Shown piece after piece: positions 1-10,338 of a stretch of DNA of 64,000 bases; positions within the stretch are counted from its first letter, which is position 1, and each line of letters opens with the position of its first letter. The notes below the pieces were generated by a model, which was not told the origin of the DNA, made no database searches, and worked only from the letters and a program-made list of their open reading frames with translations. The position numbers and the translations under genes are program-made. Origin of the DNA: Promethearchaeia archaeon (GTDB lineage Archaea > Asgardarchaeota > Lokiarchaeia > Sigyniarchaeales > SOKP01); assembly GCA_029856155.1 (NCBI GenBank), contig JAHQWL010000081.1, forward strand, positions 45,637 through 109,636, read 5' to 3'.

Positions 1-72
1 AATAAAAAGAGATCAAAAATATATTATTAAACTAAATTCAAAAAAGAACCTTATTATTATCTAATGATCTAA

Positions 73-1689
73 ATGAGGATAAGAACACGAAAAAATCTTA
101 AGAAAAAAAATGCAGTAATTACAATTTTCTTTCTACTTCCACTTATTAGTTTTGGGGCTTATGCTGGTTTATGTTTTTATATAATTGAAGATGTTGCTTC
201 CTTTACCCAGAATCTTGATCCGCCAAATACAGAATATTTTTATAAATTAGATGAGATATTAGGAAATTCAACATACTTAGACAAAATGGCTAATATTTAT
301 GATAATCAGATGGAACATTTCCACATGCCTACAAATATTAGTGTTGATATTACCTTTAAAAATGATAACTATACTGAAATTGAGACATGGCATGATACAG
401 ATAATGGAGCGTTAAAAATTGGATATACTTTGGCTTCCCAATGTTTCCGATATAAAGCAGCTGTAGATGAAGGAGATGCTAATGAACTTTTAAATGCCAC
501 TCGAATGGTAAAAAAATGTGTGTCTGCTTTTAGTAATATGATGGCAGCAACTAATGGGGGTATAGGTCCAGATTATCCAGGAACTCCCGCTAGATTTGTT
601 TGTGCCCCTGAAAATCGAAAGTATCATCCTTGGATTTTTGAAGAACATCCACGACATTTTAATGGTACTGGAAAATATCAAAAATGGCGAGTTCGACTTC
701 ATACAAGTAGAGATGAATTAGCGGGCTATTATTTAGGATTTGCGTGTGTTCTAAAATTTATTGATCCCAATCTTGATAGTAATAGTAAATGGTGTGTTGA
801 TCGTATTAAATTACTCGTAGAACAAATGATTGAAGGATTTAAAAAGACAAATTGGCTTGTTTTAGGTGGAGAGGGGGAACCAGTTGGTTCTGATTTAAAT
901 CCATATTTTGAAGGTAGTATGTGGCAATTAACTTTGCTTAGGATTGGTGCCACAGCTCTACCCGAAAAATACACTTCACTTTATCAATATTCAGCTGCTA
1001 AGATGCTTTCTATGAATGAAGCAGCTATGGGAGGGAAGCAGAATACTGTATATGATACATATGCACTAGCTTTTGGGATGGATGTTGAAATTGCTTTAAT
1101 TCTACTTGAAGATAATCCTTCATTGCAGTATCATTATATTAAAAATTTTGAAAATAAATTTTATAGATATGTCAGATATCATCGAAATGCATTTTTTAAT
1201 ATTGGGCATCTAGTTTTTATGACCTTAATAGAGAATCCCTCTAAATTTGAAGATTCTTATTATCCAGACGAAATGATAAGATGGGATGTACTTGATCAAT
1301 TATGGAGATTCAATACTTCTGGATGGGGGAATGGAATTAGAAATTACAATCTTACAGTAAGGCCAAATTCAACACGAGCAACAAGTCTTAACCCTGAAAT
1401 CTCTCAGATGGAAATTGAACCTAACAAAGAAAAATGGCGAAATTTCTTCGATAATAATGTCTATGGTGGACTTTTTTCTTGGCTCGAAGATGTTATCGAT
1501 TTCGAAGACCCATTATATATTTTACCTTTAACAGTTTCAGAAATGGGAATACACAGCTACCTTTGGGAGCACTCTAAATTTTATGGAGAGGGTGGTAATA
1601 ATGAACCAAGGGATAATGGCTTAAGTCAAGCAGTACCTACATCTTACCTTGTCGTTTATTGGATGGGAAAAGCATTCAATATTTTTTAG
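73..1689 (+). CDS. Membrane-anchored/secreted protein, possible (alpha/alpha)6-barrel hydrolase-like
   Basis: 538-aa ORF with basic N-terminus plus hydrophobic helix. Motifs DTDNGAL..YTLASQCFRY and HTSRDELAGYY resemble an uncharacterised bacterial glycosidase-like family (recalled, unverified). Confidence 0.45.
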   Translation: MRIRTRKNLKKKNAVITIFFLLPLISFGAYAGLCFYIIEDVASFTQNLDPPNTEYFYKLDEILGNSTYLDKMANIYDNQMEHFHMPTNISVDITFKNDNYTEIETWHDTDNGALKIGYTLASQCFRYKAAVDEGDANELLNATRMVKKCVSAFSNMMAATNGGIGPDYPGTPARFVCAPENRKYHPWIFEEHPRHFNGTGKYQKWRVRLHTSRDELAGYYLGFACVLKFIDPNLDSNSKWCVDRIKLLVEQMIEGFKKTNWLVLGGEGEPVGSDLNPYFEGSMWQLTLLRIGATALPEKYTSLYQYSAAKMLSMNEAAMGGKQNTVYDTYALAFGMDVEIALILLEDNPSLQYHYIKNFENKFYRYVRYHRNAFFNIGHLVFMTLIENPSKFEDSYYPDEMIRWDVLDQLWRFNTSGWGNGIRNYNLTVRPNSTRATSLNPEISQMEIEPNKEKWRNFFDNNVYGGLFSWLEDVIDFEDPLYILPLTVSEMGIHSYLWEHSKFYGEGGNNEPRDNGLSQAVPTSYLVVYWMGKAFNIF

Positions 1690-1882
1690 AAATTTTTAAA
1701 TGACGTTTTTATTACGCAAAATCCTCTGAGATTTAAATTTCTGATTGATTTTATAAAAATCTTGAAAAAAAAATTTACTTCTTTTTATATCAGATATTAG
1801 ATTAGTATTTGAAATAACTATCAAAAAGTCTATATGTTAATTTCATTGGAAAAATAATTAATTAAACAAAGGGAACTAAAGG

Positions 1883-2398
1883 TTGGAACAAATTCTCGAG
1901 AAAAGAAGGATGATTATCTTCTGTGATCATGCTAATTTATTTCATAACATTGAAGAACTTAAAATTAGGATTAATTATTTAAAATTAAAGGAACTTTTTA
2001 CTAAAAATCATCACCTAGTTGGTTTTATCATCTACATGGGAATTCCAGATAAGATTTTACCTAAAAAACTAAAATTTTTAAATTATTTGAAATCTCAGGG
2101 ATTTATCATCCAACCAAAAAGGGTAATTATTTCTCCAACAGGAATAAAAAAACAGAAAGGAGTAGATATTTTTATATATAAAGATATTGTAGAATTAGCT
2201 GAAGAAGATTCGTATGATAAGGCAGTTTTAATAAGTGGTGACTCAGATTTTCTCGATGTTGTAAAAAAACTTAAAGAATTGAAGAAAGACATTGAAATTT
2301 GGAGTTTTAAGAAATCAATCTCGCGAGTGTTAATAGAGGAGGCAGGTCAGGAAAATGTTCATTATATTGATACTATATTAGATGAAATTCGATATTAA
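1883..2398 (+). CDS. NYN (LabA/DUF88) PIN-like domain protein
   Basis: Motifs FCDHAN, QKGVD and LISGDSDF. Confidence 0.9.
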   Translation: MEQILEKRRMIIFCDHANLFHNIEELKIRINYLKLKELFTKNHHLVGFIIYMGIPDKILPKKLKFLNYLKSQGFIIQPKRVIISPTGIKKQKGVDIFIYKDIVELAEEDSYDKAVLISGDSDFLDVVKKLKELKKDIEIWSFKKSISRVLIEEAGQENVHYIDTILDEIRY

Positions 2399-2704
2399 CC
2401 CATCAAAAAGTTACAAGTTTAAAAATAACAAGTAAGAATAATGATCGTTTTTTTGAATAATTTTCTCCTACCAGAGAGAATGGTGAGAAGATTTTCTAAT
2501 TAAGTCATTCGCTAATCTCTTTTCCCTTCGAAAAAACTCTTCTCAAAAATTCTCTCTTTTTTTCTTTAAATTTCTGGCTTTAATATGGACACATAATTCT
2601 GATTGTTTTATTTAATCAACTTTATAAAAATTGGACTATTCAAGAATTATTAACAAAGTATCTTTTTGATTGTTATAGTAAAAGCTATTATCAAAAAAAA
2701 ATAA

Positions 2705-3283
2705 ATGATAGAAATGAGTGGAGAAAATAAATATCGTCATAGGTATTATTATAAAGAATCTTATGAAGCAGCTATAGGAACTTTTGCTACAGGTATAGTT
2801 TTTCTTTTTGTGGCAATATTATCACTGTTTTTTAGAACCTTTGATATAACGTTTATAGGACTTGCATGGTGGGGTTATTGGCTTTTCATTCCTGCTTTTT
2901 TCATCTTCATTGGAGGATTTGACCAACTTTATCGAAATTATAAGTATAAAGAAGTTGTTAAGAATGCTGTTGCTCAACGAGATTTTCAAGGAACATATAA
3001 ACTGGAGCATATCGCATTGGAAATAGGTATGAAACCAAGCGTACTACTACGTGTATTAGTAGATCTAAGAAATAAAGGAATATTAAAGTATAGTTTTGAT
3101 GCGGATTCAGGACAAATTATCTTAGGCCAAACAATAAAATATACTCAAGCGACTGAATATGTTCCACCTCCTAAAAAGATAGAAGAGCCTTTACCAACAG
3201 AAGGAAAAAACTTTTGCGTCTATTGTGGTCATAAACTTGAATCAAGTGGAAATTTCTGTCCTAATTGTGGGTCTAATCTTTAA
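2705..3283 (+). CDS. Two-TM membrane protein with winged-helix-like segment and C-terminal zinc ribbon
   Basis: Two hydrophobic helices; LEHIALEIGMKP..LVDLRNKG; CVYC...CPNC. Confidence 0.7.
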   Translation: MIEMSGENKYRHRYYYKESYEAAIGTFATGIVFLFVAILSLFFRTFDITFIGLAWWGYWLFIPAFFIFIGGFDQLYRNYKYKEVVKNAVAQRDFQGTYKLEHIALEIGMKPSVLLRVLVDLRNKGILKYSFDADSGQIILGQTIKYTQATEYVPPPKKIEEPLPTEGKNFCVYCGHKLESSGNFCPNCGSNL

Positions 3284-3372
3284 ATTTCTTTTAAAATCTA
3301 CACCATTTTTTCTTTTTTCATTAATCCTTTTGGCAATTTTAAAAGCTTTTTTTTAATGAACTTATATCTAAA

Positions 3373-3567
3373 TTAAGTTCTTCTTCTATCAGAAATTAAA
3401 ATTCCACCAATACCAACATTTTCTGGCAAGTTTTCTTTAATAACTATAATAATGTGTTCTTTTGGAATATTATAGGCTCTTTCGACAGCAATAGTAATCT
3501 CTTTAATTAAATTTCGTTTTACTTCTAGATTTTCGATTTTAGGCCCATCTATTGTGATATTCGGCAT
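3373..3567 (-). CDS. 4-oxalocrotonate tautomerase family protein (DmpI-like)
   Basis: 64 aa, N-terminal catalytic Pro (MPNI), ENVGIGG motif; GGAGG SD upstream. Confidence 0.9.
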   Translation of the reverse strand: MPNITIDGPKIENLEVKRNLIKEITIAVERAYNIPKEHIIIVIKENLPENVGIGGILISDRRRT

Positions 3568-3905
3568 AAATTAATACCTCCTTATATTTTTTAAAATGTA
3601 ATGAATTAATTTTTTTATATTTTAAATAAATACTTAAATGATTAAATAAATTAATCATAAAAATCAAGAATACATCTTGGTAAAATGAAGAATTTTCTAA
3701 TCCCTAAACCTAAATCTGGGGGGTCAATCCTTTCTTATAAATGTAACGGCAAATTTAAACATTGTATGTATTTTATCCATGTTTGCTTTGATATCAGAAA
3801 AGATGTAGTTTTGAAAACTAATAAAATAAATGAACTCACCCCTGCTGAATTATATCATCACATTAAAAAAAAAAAAGAAAATTTAGAATAGATTTAAATT
3901 TAGGA

Positions 3906-5312
3906 TTAAAGGTTTATCTTTTTCTCAGAGTGAAGTTTCCTTGCATCTTCAGTTAATTGAGTATACTTTTCTTTATCGATTGGGAAATACCTCATAGCTA
4001 TTATTCCAATAATTAAAAATACTATTGGTAAGATAACCATGAGACTTCGAAGACCAAATTCCACCGCATATTCTGCTGTGCTAAGATCGAAGATATTCCA
4101 ATCTGTTCCAATGAATACTAATCCTATTGAGAGAAATACTACTACATTGGAGAATTTTACGATGAAGCCGTTTATTCCATAGAAATTACCCTCCCTTCTT
4201 ACTCCCGTTTTTAATTCATCCTCATCGATAATTGCAGCAATTGTAATATCTCTAACAATTAATACTCCTGCCAGCCCAATGCCTAATAAAAAGAAAAATA
4301 TAAAACCTAAGAGTACTCCTCTAATAAACATGAGAGGTAACAATGTTATAATAAAAACAATCAAAGACAATATATAAGATCCTTTAGCACCAAGTTTATT
4401 TACAATTATTCGCCATGGAAATACAAATATTGCAGCTGAAACAAAACCAGTACCAAGTATTAAAGATAGCGTACCGGCATCTGAAACGCCTAAACATACC
4501 GCTCCATAAATTGGCATTATAGTAGGAATCATATTAAATGCATACCATAATGAAAAATTCCCAAGAACATATAGCTTGAACGATTTGTATCCAAATGTAT
4601 ATTTTAATGCTTGTCTAAACGGGGGAACCCTTTCATAGTCCTTAGAAAATTCAATTCTTTCTTTCAATCCAAATTTAATAAAAATAAACGCCCCAATTGC
4701 GCAAATAATTGAAATAACTGCAGCAGCTATTATGTATTGCAAATGTGTAGTTCCAATAGGTATATTTTCACTGGTGAAGCTATCAATTAGAACTCCAGGT
4801 AATAAGAACGCAATCAATAATGATATCACTTGAAAAAATTGGATTGAATTATTAGCTTTAGATCTTTGATCTAAATCTCGAAACATCTCTGGAAATAAAC
4901 TCGTTTGGTTTAATGAATACATTGTATAAAACAGTTCCCAAATTACAATTATGATTAAGAAATAAAAAAATGAAAGAAGATCAGATCCCCTAGGTGCCGT
5001 AAATAGTAGAATATTTAGAACAAGCAGTGGAATTATACCTATTATGATGAATGGTTTTCTACGACCCATTTTAAAGTGTGATCTATCAGAAATTGCCCCG
5101 AGCATTGGATCATTAAAAGCATTCCATATTGCCCAGAGTATGAAACCAAGAGATATCAATCCTGCAGGCAATTCTATTATAGAAAAATAAAATGTAAATA
5201 TTAAGAAAGTAAAAGATTGCAAAAAAATAACATCCGTAAAGCCAGCAAAACTATAAAGCACAGCTTTTTTTAAAGAATATTCTTCCTCTACATTGGGTTT
5301 TTCTTTAGACAT
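3906..5312 (-). CDS. MFS transporter, GPH (glycoside-pentoside-hexuronide) family
   Basis: About 12 TM; NDPMLGAISDR, GRRKPF and IDEDELKTGVRREG motifs. Confidence 0.9.
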   Translation of the reverse strand: MSKEKPNVEEEYSLKKAVLYSFAGFTDVIFLQSFTFLIFTFYFSIIELPAGLISLGFILWAIWNAFNDPMLGAISDRSHFKMGRRKPFIIIGIIPLLVLNILLFTAPRGSDLLSFFYFLIIIVIWELFYTMYSLNQTSLFPEMFRDLDQRSKANNSIQFFQVISLLIAFLLPGVLIDSFTSENIPIGTTHLQYIIAAAVISIICAIGAFIFIKFGLKERIEFSKDYERVPPFRQALKYTFGYKSFKLYVLGNFSLWYAFNMIPTIMPIYGAVCLGVSDAGTLSLILGTGFVSAAIFVFPWRIIVNKLGAKGSYILSLIVFIITLLPLMFIRGVLLGFIFFFLLGIGLAGVLIVRDITIAAIIDEDELKTGVRREGNFYGINGFIVKFSNVVVFLSIGLVFIGTDWNIFDLSTAEYAVEFGLRSLMVILPIVFLIIGIIAMRYFPIDKEKYTQLTEDARKLHSEKKINL

Positions 5313-5615
5313 AATTTTTTCCTATTTATTATTATTAGAACGATCTATGTAAAAAGTTAATAATATTTTGTTCGCAATATTTATAAAAATTCTTTAAACA
5401 AAATAATTATTTTATTTTAATTTTCAATATCATTTTAATGCAACAACCAGCTATTCAAATTTCCACTAAATTCAGAGAGGCTTTTTTTTTAAATATCAGA
5501 TCAGTTTTAAATGTTACAAATTTAAATTTCTCCGAGCTGACAAATAATTTCAAAAGGATTTATTAATAAAGATCTCTCTGATACTTCTTTTGAAAAAACC
5601 CCTAATTTAGGGAAT

Positions 5616-6020
5616 TTGAACCTTTTTGATCGTAATGATTTTCAAAATTCAACGAATAGTGTAATTTCGAATCTTGTCACGGAGTTATTTAATAACATCA
5701 AATCAAAGGAAGAGTTTAAATATATTTCTGATTTGTTAATTACTTCTCTACATGAATATAAAAAGAGATTTCCAATTGATATAGAAACTGAGAATATAGA
5801 AAATTCTTTTATTGAATTCAATAAAAGTGAATCTAACAACTCGAGATATAACTTTAATGATTCATATGACGAATATCTTTCCATTTCAAATGATATCCAC
5901 ACTATATTATCAATTTGTCAGGATTTAACTAACACGCAGAAACTTGATTTCTGTAATAATCAAAGGTATTTCATGAAATTGTATTTAAAAGAATTATTAC
6001 TAAAAATTAATAAAGCGTGA
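5616..6020 (+). CDS. Hypothetical protein
   Basis: 134-aa ORF with TTG start. Its 3' end has a diverged, codon-conserving copy at 6966-7105, which supports coding status. Confidence 0.6.
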   Translation: MNLFDRNDFQNSTNSVISNLVTELFNNIKSKEEFKYISDLLITSLHEYKKRFPIDIETENIENSFIEFNKSESNNSRYNFNDSYDEYLSISNDIHTILSICQDLTNTQKLDFCNNQRYFMKLYLKELLLKINKA

Positions 6021-6117
6021 GTTTTGCTTAGAGTTTTAAGAATATTTTTCAAAATTAACTTTAATATAGTAATTGACATTAAAAAATTAAAAAAAGGAAA
6101 AATTTAATTATTTTCTT

Positions 6118-6828
6118 TTAAGTTTTTAAACCTAGATACATCCAGACAGCAAATGTAGCCATAACAACCCTTATAACGCCAATAGCAAGAGGAAGAGTAA
6201 GAATTGAATCTAAAGCTCCACATAGGACAAAAATTATGAAACCAATCGATAAATAGGTAAATTTTTTCCTTAATAAACCTGTTGCTTGTTTTGCCTTTAC
6301 TGCCATTCCAATTCCTAAGAAGATTAACGATGTCACTAGAAATGCAGCCACCATAATAAACGTTGGATGAGTTTTATTAAAACCTGCATCAATTAGACCA
6401 TCAACGGGGGGTCTAACTTCGATAAATTCAAATGATTGCCCAGGATTTGGCTGAGTCCATAGAAAAAATTCAAATATTGCACCCAAAACTATAAAAATCC
6501 CAACCAAAACCCATTTATACTTCGGTATCAGAAGTTCCCCACCTAGATACATAGCAAAAAACAGAGCTGGTGCGACCCAAGTGTAACTTAAAAATACATA
6601 AATTACTACAGGACTAATATTTGTATCTGTAATTAATTTGAAAAAGAAATCAGATGTTGGTCCGAGCCATAAGAAACCAACGAAAATCATAACTAAACCC
6701 GCGAAAGTAAGTAGTTTTGCTTTCAGTTTTATTGATTTATAGATAGAAAACAAACCAAAAATAACCGAGGAAAAAACTATTAGGGAAGCAGTTATCCCAT
6801 CCAGCCAACCTTCAAAAACGATTGCCAT
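6118..6828 (-). CDS. Stand-alone 7-transmembrane protein (paralog 1)
   Basis: Seven hydrophobic segments; highly similar to 7154-7852. Confidence 0.8.
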   Translation of the reverse strand: MAIVFEGWLDGITASLIVFSSVIFGLFSIYKSIKLKAKLLTFAGLVMIFVGFLWLGPTSDFFFKLITDTNISPVVIYVFLSYTWVAPALFFAMYLGGELLIPKYKWVLVGIFIVLGAIFEFFLWTQPNPGQSFEFIEVRPPVDGLIDAGFNKTHPTFIMVAAFLVTSLIFLGIGMAVKAKQATGLLRKKFTYLSIGFIIFVLCGALDSILTLPLAIGVIRVVMATFAVWMYLGLKT

Positions 6829-6965
6829 TTGTATTTATACCCCTTTTTTATAAAAATTCAATTCAATTATAAAATTATATATTTATTTAACTTAATTCTA
6901 TTTATAATTATGTTTTTTGATGTAATATAAGAATATAATATATACTGAACAACTAAATTAAGATC

Positions 6966-7105
6966 TCTATTTCAAATGATATCCATTCGAATTTATCTAA
7001 TTGCTCAGATTTAACTAACTCGCAGAAACTTGATTTCTGCAATAATAGAAATATTTTATAAAATTTTATCTAAAGGAATTCTTAATGCAACTTAAAAAAA
7101 CCTAA
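6966..7105 (+). pseudogene. 5'-truncated, frameshifted copy of the C-terminus of ORF 5616-6020
   Basis: SISNDIHSNLSNCSDLTNSQKLDFCNN versus SISNDIHTILSICQDLTNTQKLDFCNN; 1-nt deletion, then KYFIKFYLKEFLMQLKKT*. Confidence 0.8.
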
Positions 7106-7153
7106 TTTTAAATTAAACAAATTAAAAAAAAAGAAAAAATATTTTAATTTTTC

Positions 7154-7852
7154 TTATGTTTTAAGTCCTAAGTACATCCATAAAGCGAAAGTAGCCATAA
7201 CGACTCTAATAACTCCTATAGCAAGAGGTAATGTAAGAATTGAATCTAAAGCACCGCATATTACAAATATTATATTTGCTATAGACAAATATGTAAATTT
7301 TCTTCTTAATTGCCCTGTAGATTGCTTCGCTTTTATTGCAAAACCAATACCTAAAAACACAAGTGCGGATACTAGAAAAACAGCGACCATTAAAAATGTT
7401 GGATGAGTTCGTACAAAACTTGCATCTATTAAATCTTCACCTGGTTTTGCTAATTCCCATGTAAATGATGCATCTGTTTGAAACCATAAGAAGTATTCAA
7501 AGATTAATCCCAAGACTATAAAAATCCCTATTAAAGTCCATTTTCCTTTTGGAAAAATTAATTCACCTCCAAGATAGATCGCACAGACTAAAGCAGGGGC
7601 AACCCACAGATAGCTTAATAAGGAATACACTTCAATTGGAGCAATATTCTCACCGGTCAATAAAACCATAAAAAGATCTACTGTTGGTCCTAACCATAAA
7701 CAACCAACAAAAAACATCATTAATGCTGCTACAGAAAGAAGTTTAGCTTTTAATTTTATTGATTTGTATAATGATAATAACCCAAAAATCACTGAAGAAA
7801 GAATAATTAATGTTGCTGTCGATCCATCTAACAATCCTTCAAAGGAGACCAT
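7154..7852 (-). CDS. Stand-alone 7-transmembrane protein (paralog 2)
   Basis: Shares WLGPT, WVAPAL, THPTF and CGALDSILTLPLAIGVIRVVMATFA with paralog 1. Confidence 0.8.
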   Translation of the reverse strand: MVSFEGLLDGSTATLIILSSVIFGLLSLYKSIKLKAKLLSVAALMMFFVGCLWLGPTVDLFMVLLTGENIAPIEVYSLLSYLWVAPALVCAIYLGGELIFPKGKWTLIGIFIVLGLIFEYFLWFQTDASFTWELAKPGEDLIDASFVRTHPTFLMVAVFLVSALVFLGIGFAIKAKQSTGQLRRKFTYLSIANIIFVICGALDSILTLPLAIGVIRVVMATFALWMYLGLKT

Positions 7853-8016
7853 TACATATTACACCTTATTTTATAATTCATTTATTCAATTTTTAAAATT
7901 AAATATTTATTACTTCTGATTTTATTTATAACTATATTTTTTGATGTAACACAAGAATATAATATTTGCTGAATAATTATATTAAGATTATTCTCTTCCT
8001 CATAATTTTAAATCAA

Positions 8017-8574
8017 TCATGAAATTTTTTTATAAATGAAAGTAAAAATTTTTTGTTTTTCTCTCTTATGAGCTAGTATATATTTTTCTTTCAAAATAGA
8101 GCTAAAATTTTCGAGTTTATGCCTATGAGATATAATAACTGCTCCTTTTTTTGCCGTTCTGAATAGATGTTTAAGATATCTATGCATTGAAGGGAGTGAA
8201 TAAATGTAAATATAATCGTATTCTTTTAAATTATGCAGAAAGAAATCTCCAAGCTTAATTTTTGTCTTTTTTAATAGTCTTTTTTTATATTTTCCCTCCT
8301 TTTTCAATGATTTGATGCGATTATTTGCTTCTTTTTTTAGGTTTTGATTAATTTCAATTCCATGGGCTCTAATACAATAATTTAAAACAGTAAAAATTAC
8401 TATAGTTCCATTTCCCGCTCCTAAATCAATCAATTTTTGATTAGAGGCGTATTTTAAACCAAATTTAAGTTCAAGTGTTTTAAATATCTCTCTTAAAAAT
8501 TCATTATTTGTCTCTGAAAAAGGTAGATCTAATTGCGAATGAAATTTGCCAAAATTCTTTACTTTCTTTTTCAA
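8017..8574 (-). CDS. Class I SAM-dependent methyltransferase (DOT1/aKMT-like protein lysine MTase possible)
   Basis: LIDLGAGNG, GIEIN, GDFF and YIYIY motifs; P-F..T before motif I. Confidence 0.75.
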   Translation of the reverse strand: MKKKVKNFGKFHSQLDLPFSETNNEFLREIFKTLELKFGLKYASNQKLIDLGAGNGTIVIFTVLNYCIRAHGIEINQNLKKEANNRIKSLKKEGKYKKRLLKKTKIKLGDFFLHNLKEYDYIYIYSLPSMHRYLKHLFRTAKKGAVIISHRHKLENFSSILKEKYILAHKREKQKIFTFIYKKIS

Positions 8575-8801
8575 TCTAATATCAATGCCCTTTTAGTTAA
8601 AATTTAGGAAGATCTAATATATAATAATTGAAGCTTTTTAATAAATGCCTTATAAAATGGATATAAAAATCTTTTATTATTTATTCCGAGTTTTCCTAAT
8701 ATTAAAAGATGTAAATCTCACAAGCCTTTAAGATGTCACTTTAATACGATGTAACCTTTTACTATTTTAAAATTTCTTTATGATACATTAATATTCTTGT
8801 C

Positions 8802-9797
8802 ATGGCAAATATATTAATAACTGGTGGCACGGGTTTTATTGGAGTACCTTTAGTAAGGAAACTACAAAGTTTAGGATATAACTTAAAGTTATTAGTAAGA
8901 GAGAGTAGTGATATAACTCCATTTGAAGGATTAAAAAACATTGAATATTTCTATGGTGATGTTCGAGATATTGAGATTCTTTACAAAGCTGCAGAAAATA
9001 TAGATTTAATATATCATCTAGCAGCTTATACCAGAATGTGGGCAAAAGACAAGTCAATTATCGAGGACACTAATGTAAAAGGCACTGAAAATATTGCTCA
9101 AATAGCTTTAGAAAAAAAAATTCGCCTCATCTATATCAGTTCTTTTATTGCTTTGGGGGGAACTCCGATTGATCCTGTGGATGAAACCTATGAGTGTGAG
9201 GATGGATTATATCTTGATTATGCAAAGACAAAATTTCAAGCCAAAAAACTAATAAAAGATTTTATTAACAAAGATCTTAATGTAACTATATTTTACCCGG
9301 GAATAGTCTATGGTCCTGGAGATTTTAATATATTTGGTCAAATAGTTTTAGACATTACGGCAAGGAAGTTCTTAGGATGCCCTGGAAAAGGAGACAATAT
9401 CGGAAATTTTGTATATGTGAATGATGTTGTTGATGGAGTTATAAGTGTTATTGATCGAAACGACTTAAAAGGCGAAGATTTCATTCTTGGGGGAATTAAT
9501 ATCAAATTTAAGGATTGGTTAGATTTAATTGCTGAAATAGCAGGAAATAAAAAAAATCCACGACATTTTCCAATGAGTTTTGCCAAATTATATGGCTTAT
9601 TATGTGAATTAAAAACAAAATTGACTAAAACAATGCCATATACCAATAGATCAACCGTTAAAATGATTAATCATAATTGGTCATATTCCTCTGAAAAAGC
9701 AATTGAAAAATTAGGTTACAAGATTACTCCTTTAAGAGAAGGATTAGAAGAGACGATAAAATGGTACAAAGAATATATAGAAAAAGAAAAAAATTAG
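8802..9797 (+). CDS. NAD-dependent epimerase/dehydratase (extended SDR)
   Basis: TGGTGFIG, HLAA, YAKTK (YxxxK) and VYGPGD. Confidence 0.92.
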   Translation: MANILITGGTGFIGVPLVRKLQSLGYNLKLLVRESSDITPFEGLKNIEYFYGDVRDIEILYKAAENIDLIYHLAAYTRMWAKDKSIIEDTNVKGTENIAQIALEKKIRLIYISSFIALGGTPIDPVDETYECEDGLYLDYAKTKFQAKKLIKDFINKDLNVTIFYPGIVYGPGDFNIFGQIVLDITARKFLGCPGKGDNIGNFVYVNDVVDGVISVIDRNDLKGEDFILGGINIKFKDWLDLIAEIAGNKKNPRHFPMSFAKLYGLLCELKTKLTKTMPYTNRSTVKMINHNWSYSSEKAIEKLGYKITPLREGLEETIKWYKEYIEKEKN

Positions 9798-9815
9798 GAA
9801 GAGTGTTTTAAGGAA

Positions 9816-10286
9816 ATGCTGGAAGAAGAAATGACGAGTAAAATTGTAGATAAAGAAGCTTACAAGACAAAAATTACAAAAAAATACACCACATTTCTAT
9901 CAAAATATCCTGAAATTTTTTCTGATCTAATTAGTGGGTCAGATTTTGATTTTGCCCTTTATGATTCGATTGAAGCATATGATAAGAGAGCTCCTATAGA
10001 TATTTTTAATGTCTATCGAAATGGAAATGGGATTGAAATAAAACCGGGGAGTGCTATTGATTCAGATTTGGAACTAGCACTCTCATTAGATGCCGTAGAA
10101 AAATTAATCCAAACAAAAACGAGGTTAGAATATGCACAACTTTTAGGATCTTTTTATAATGATCCAGACGAGAAAAATGGATGGATTGATTTTATGTTGC
10201 ATAAAAGAACACAAACCTTAATTGATATGGGTTATGGTAAATTTGCTCAAACTGCCGGCATCCTCAAAGATGAAGACGAGACATAA
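9816..10286 (+). CDS. Hypothetical protein, possible SCP2-like fold
   Basis: IEIKPG...SDLELALSLDAVEKLI pattern resembles the SCP2 strand-helix. Confidence 0.45.
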   Translation: MLEEEMTSKIVDKEAYKTKITKKYTTFLSKYPEIFSDLISGSDFDFALYDSIEAYDKRAPIDIFNVYRNGNGIEIKPGSAIDSDLELALSLDAVEKLIQTKTRLEYAQLLGSFYNDPDEKNGWIDFMLHKRTQTLIDMGYGKFAQTAGILKDEDET

Positions 10287-10338
10287 GGTTTGCACTTTTT
10301 ATTCTATATTTGATATTGAAAAAAACTAATTAAGAATT

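Larger units (their letters stand above)
5880..7988. repeat. Diverged tandem duplication (units ~5880-6965 and ~6966-7988)
   Basis: Each unit is the 3' end of ORF 5616-6020, then the 7TM gene, then its upstream region (ttttttgatgtaa..aagaatata..ctgaa..attaagat in both). Confidence 0.85.

Noticed and set aside
3685-3891. 68-aa plus-strand ORF
   Set aside because: No recognisable motif and it ends in the poly-A terminator tract of the opposite gene; probably spurious or a remnant
6118-7852. 7TM proteins as rhodopsins
   Set aside because: No Lys in helix 7 and no DxxxK or SxxxK motif
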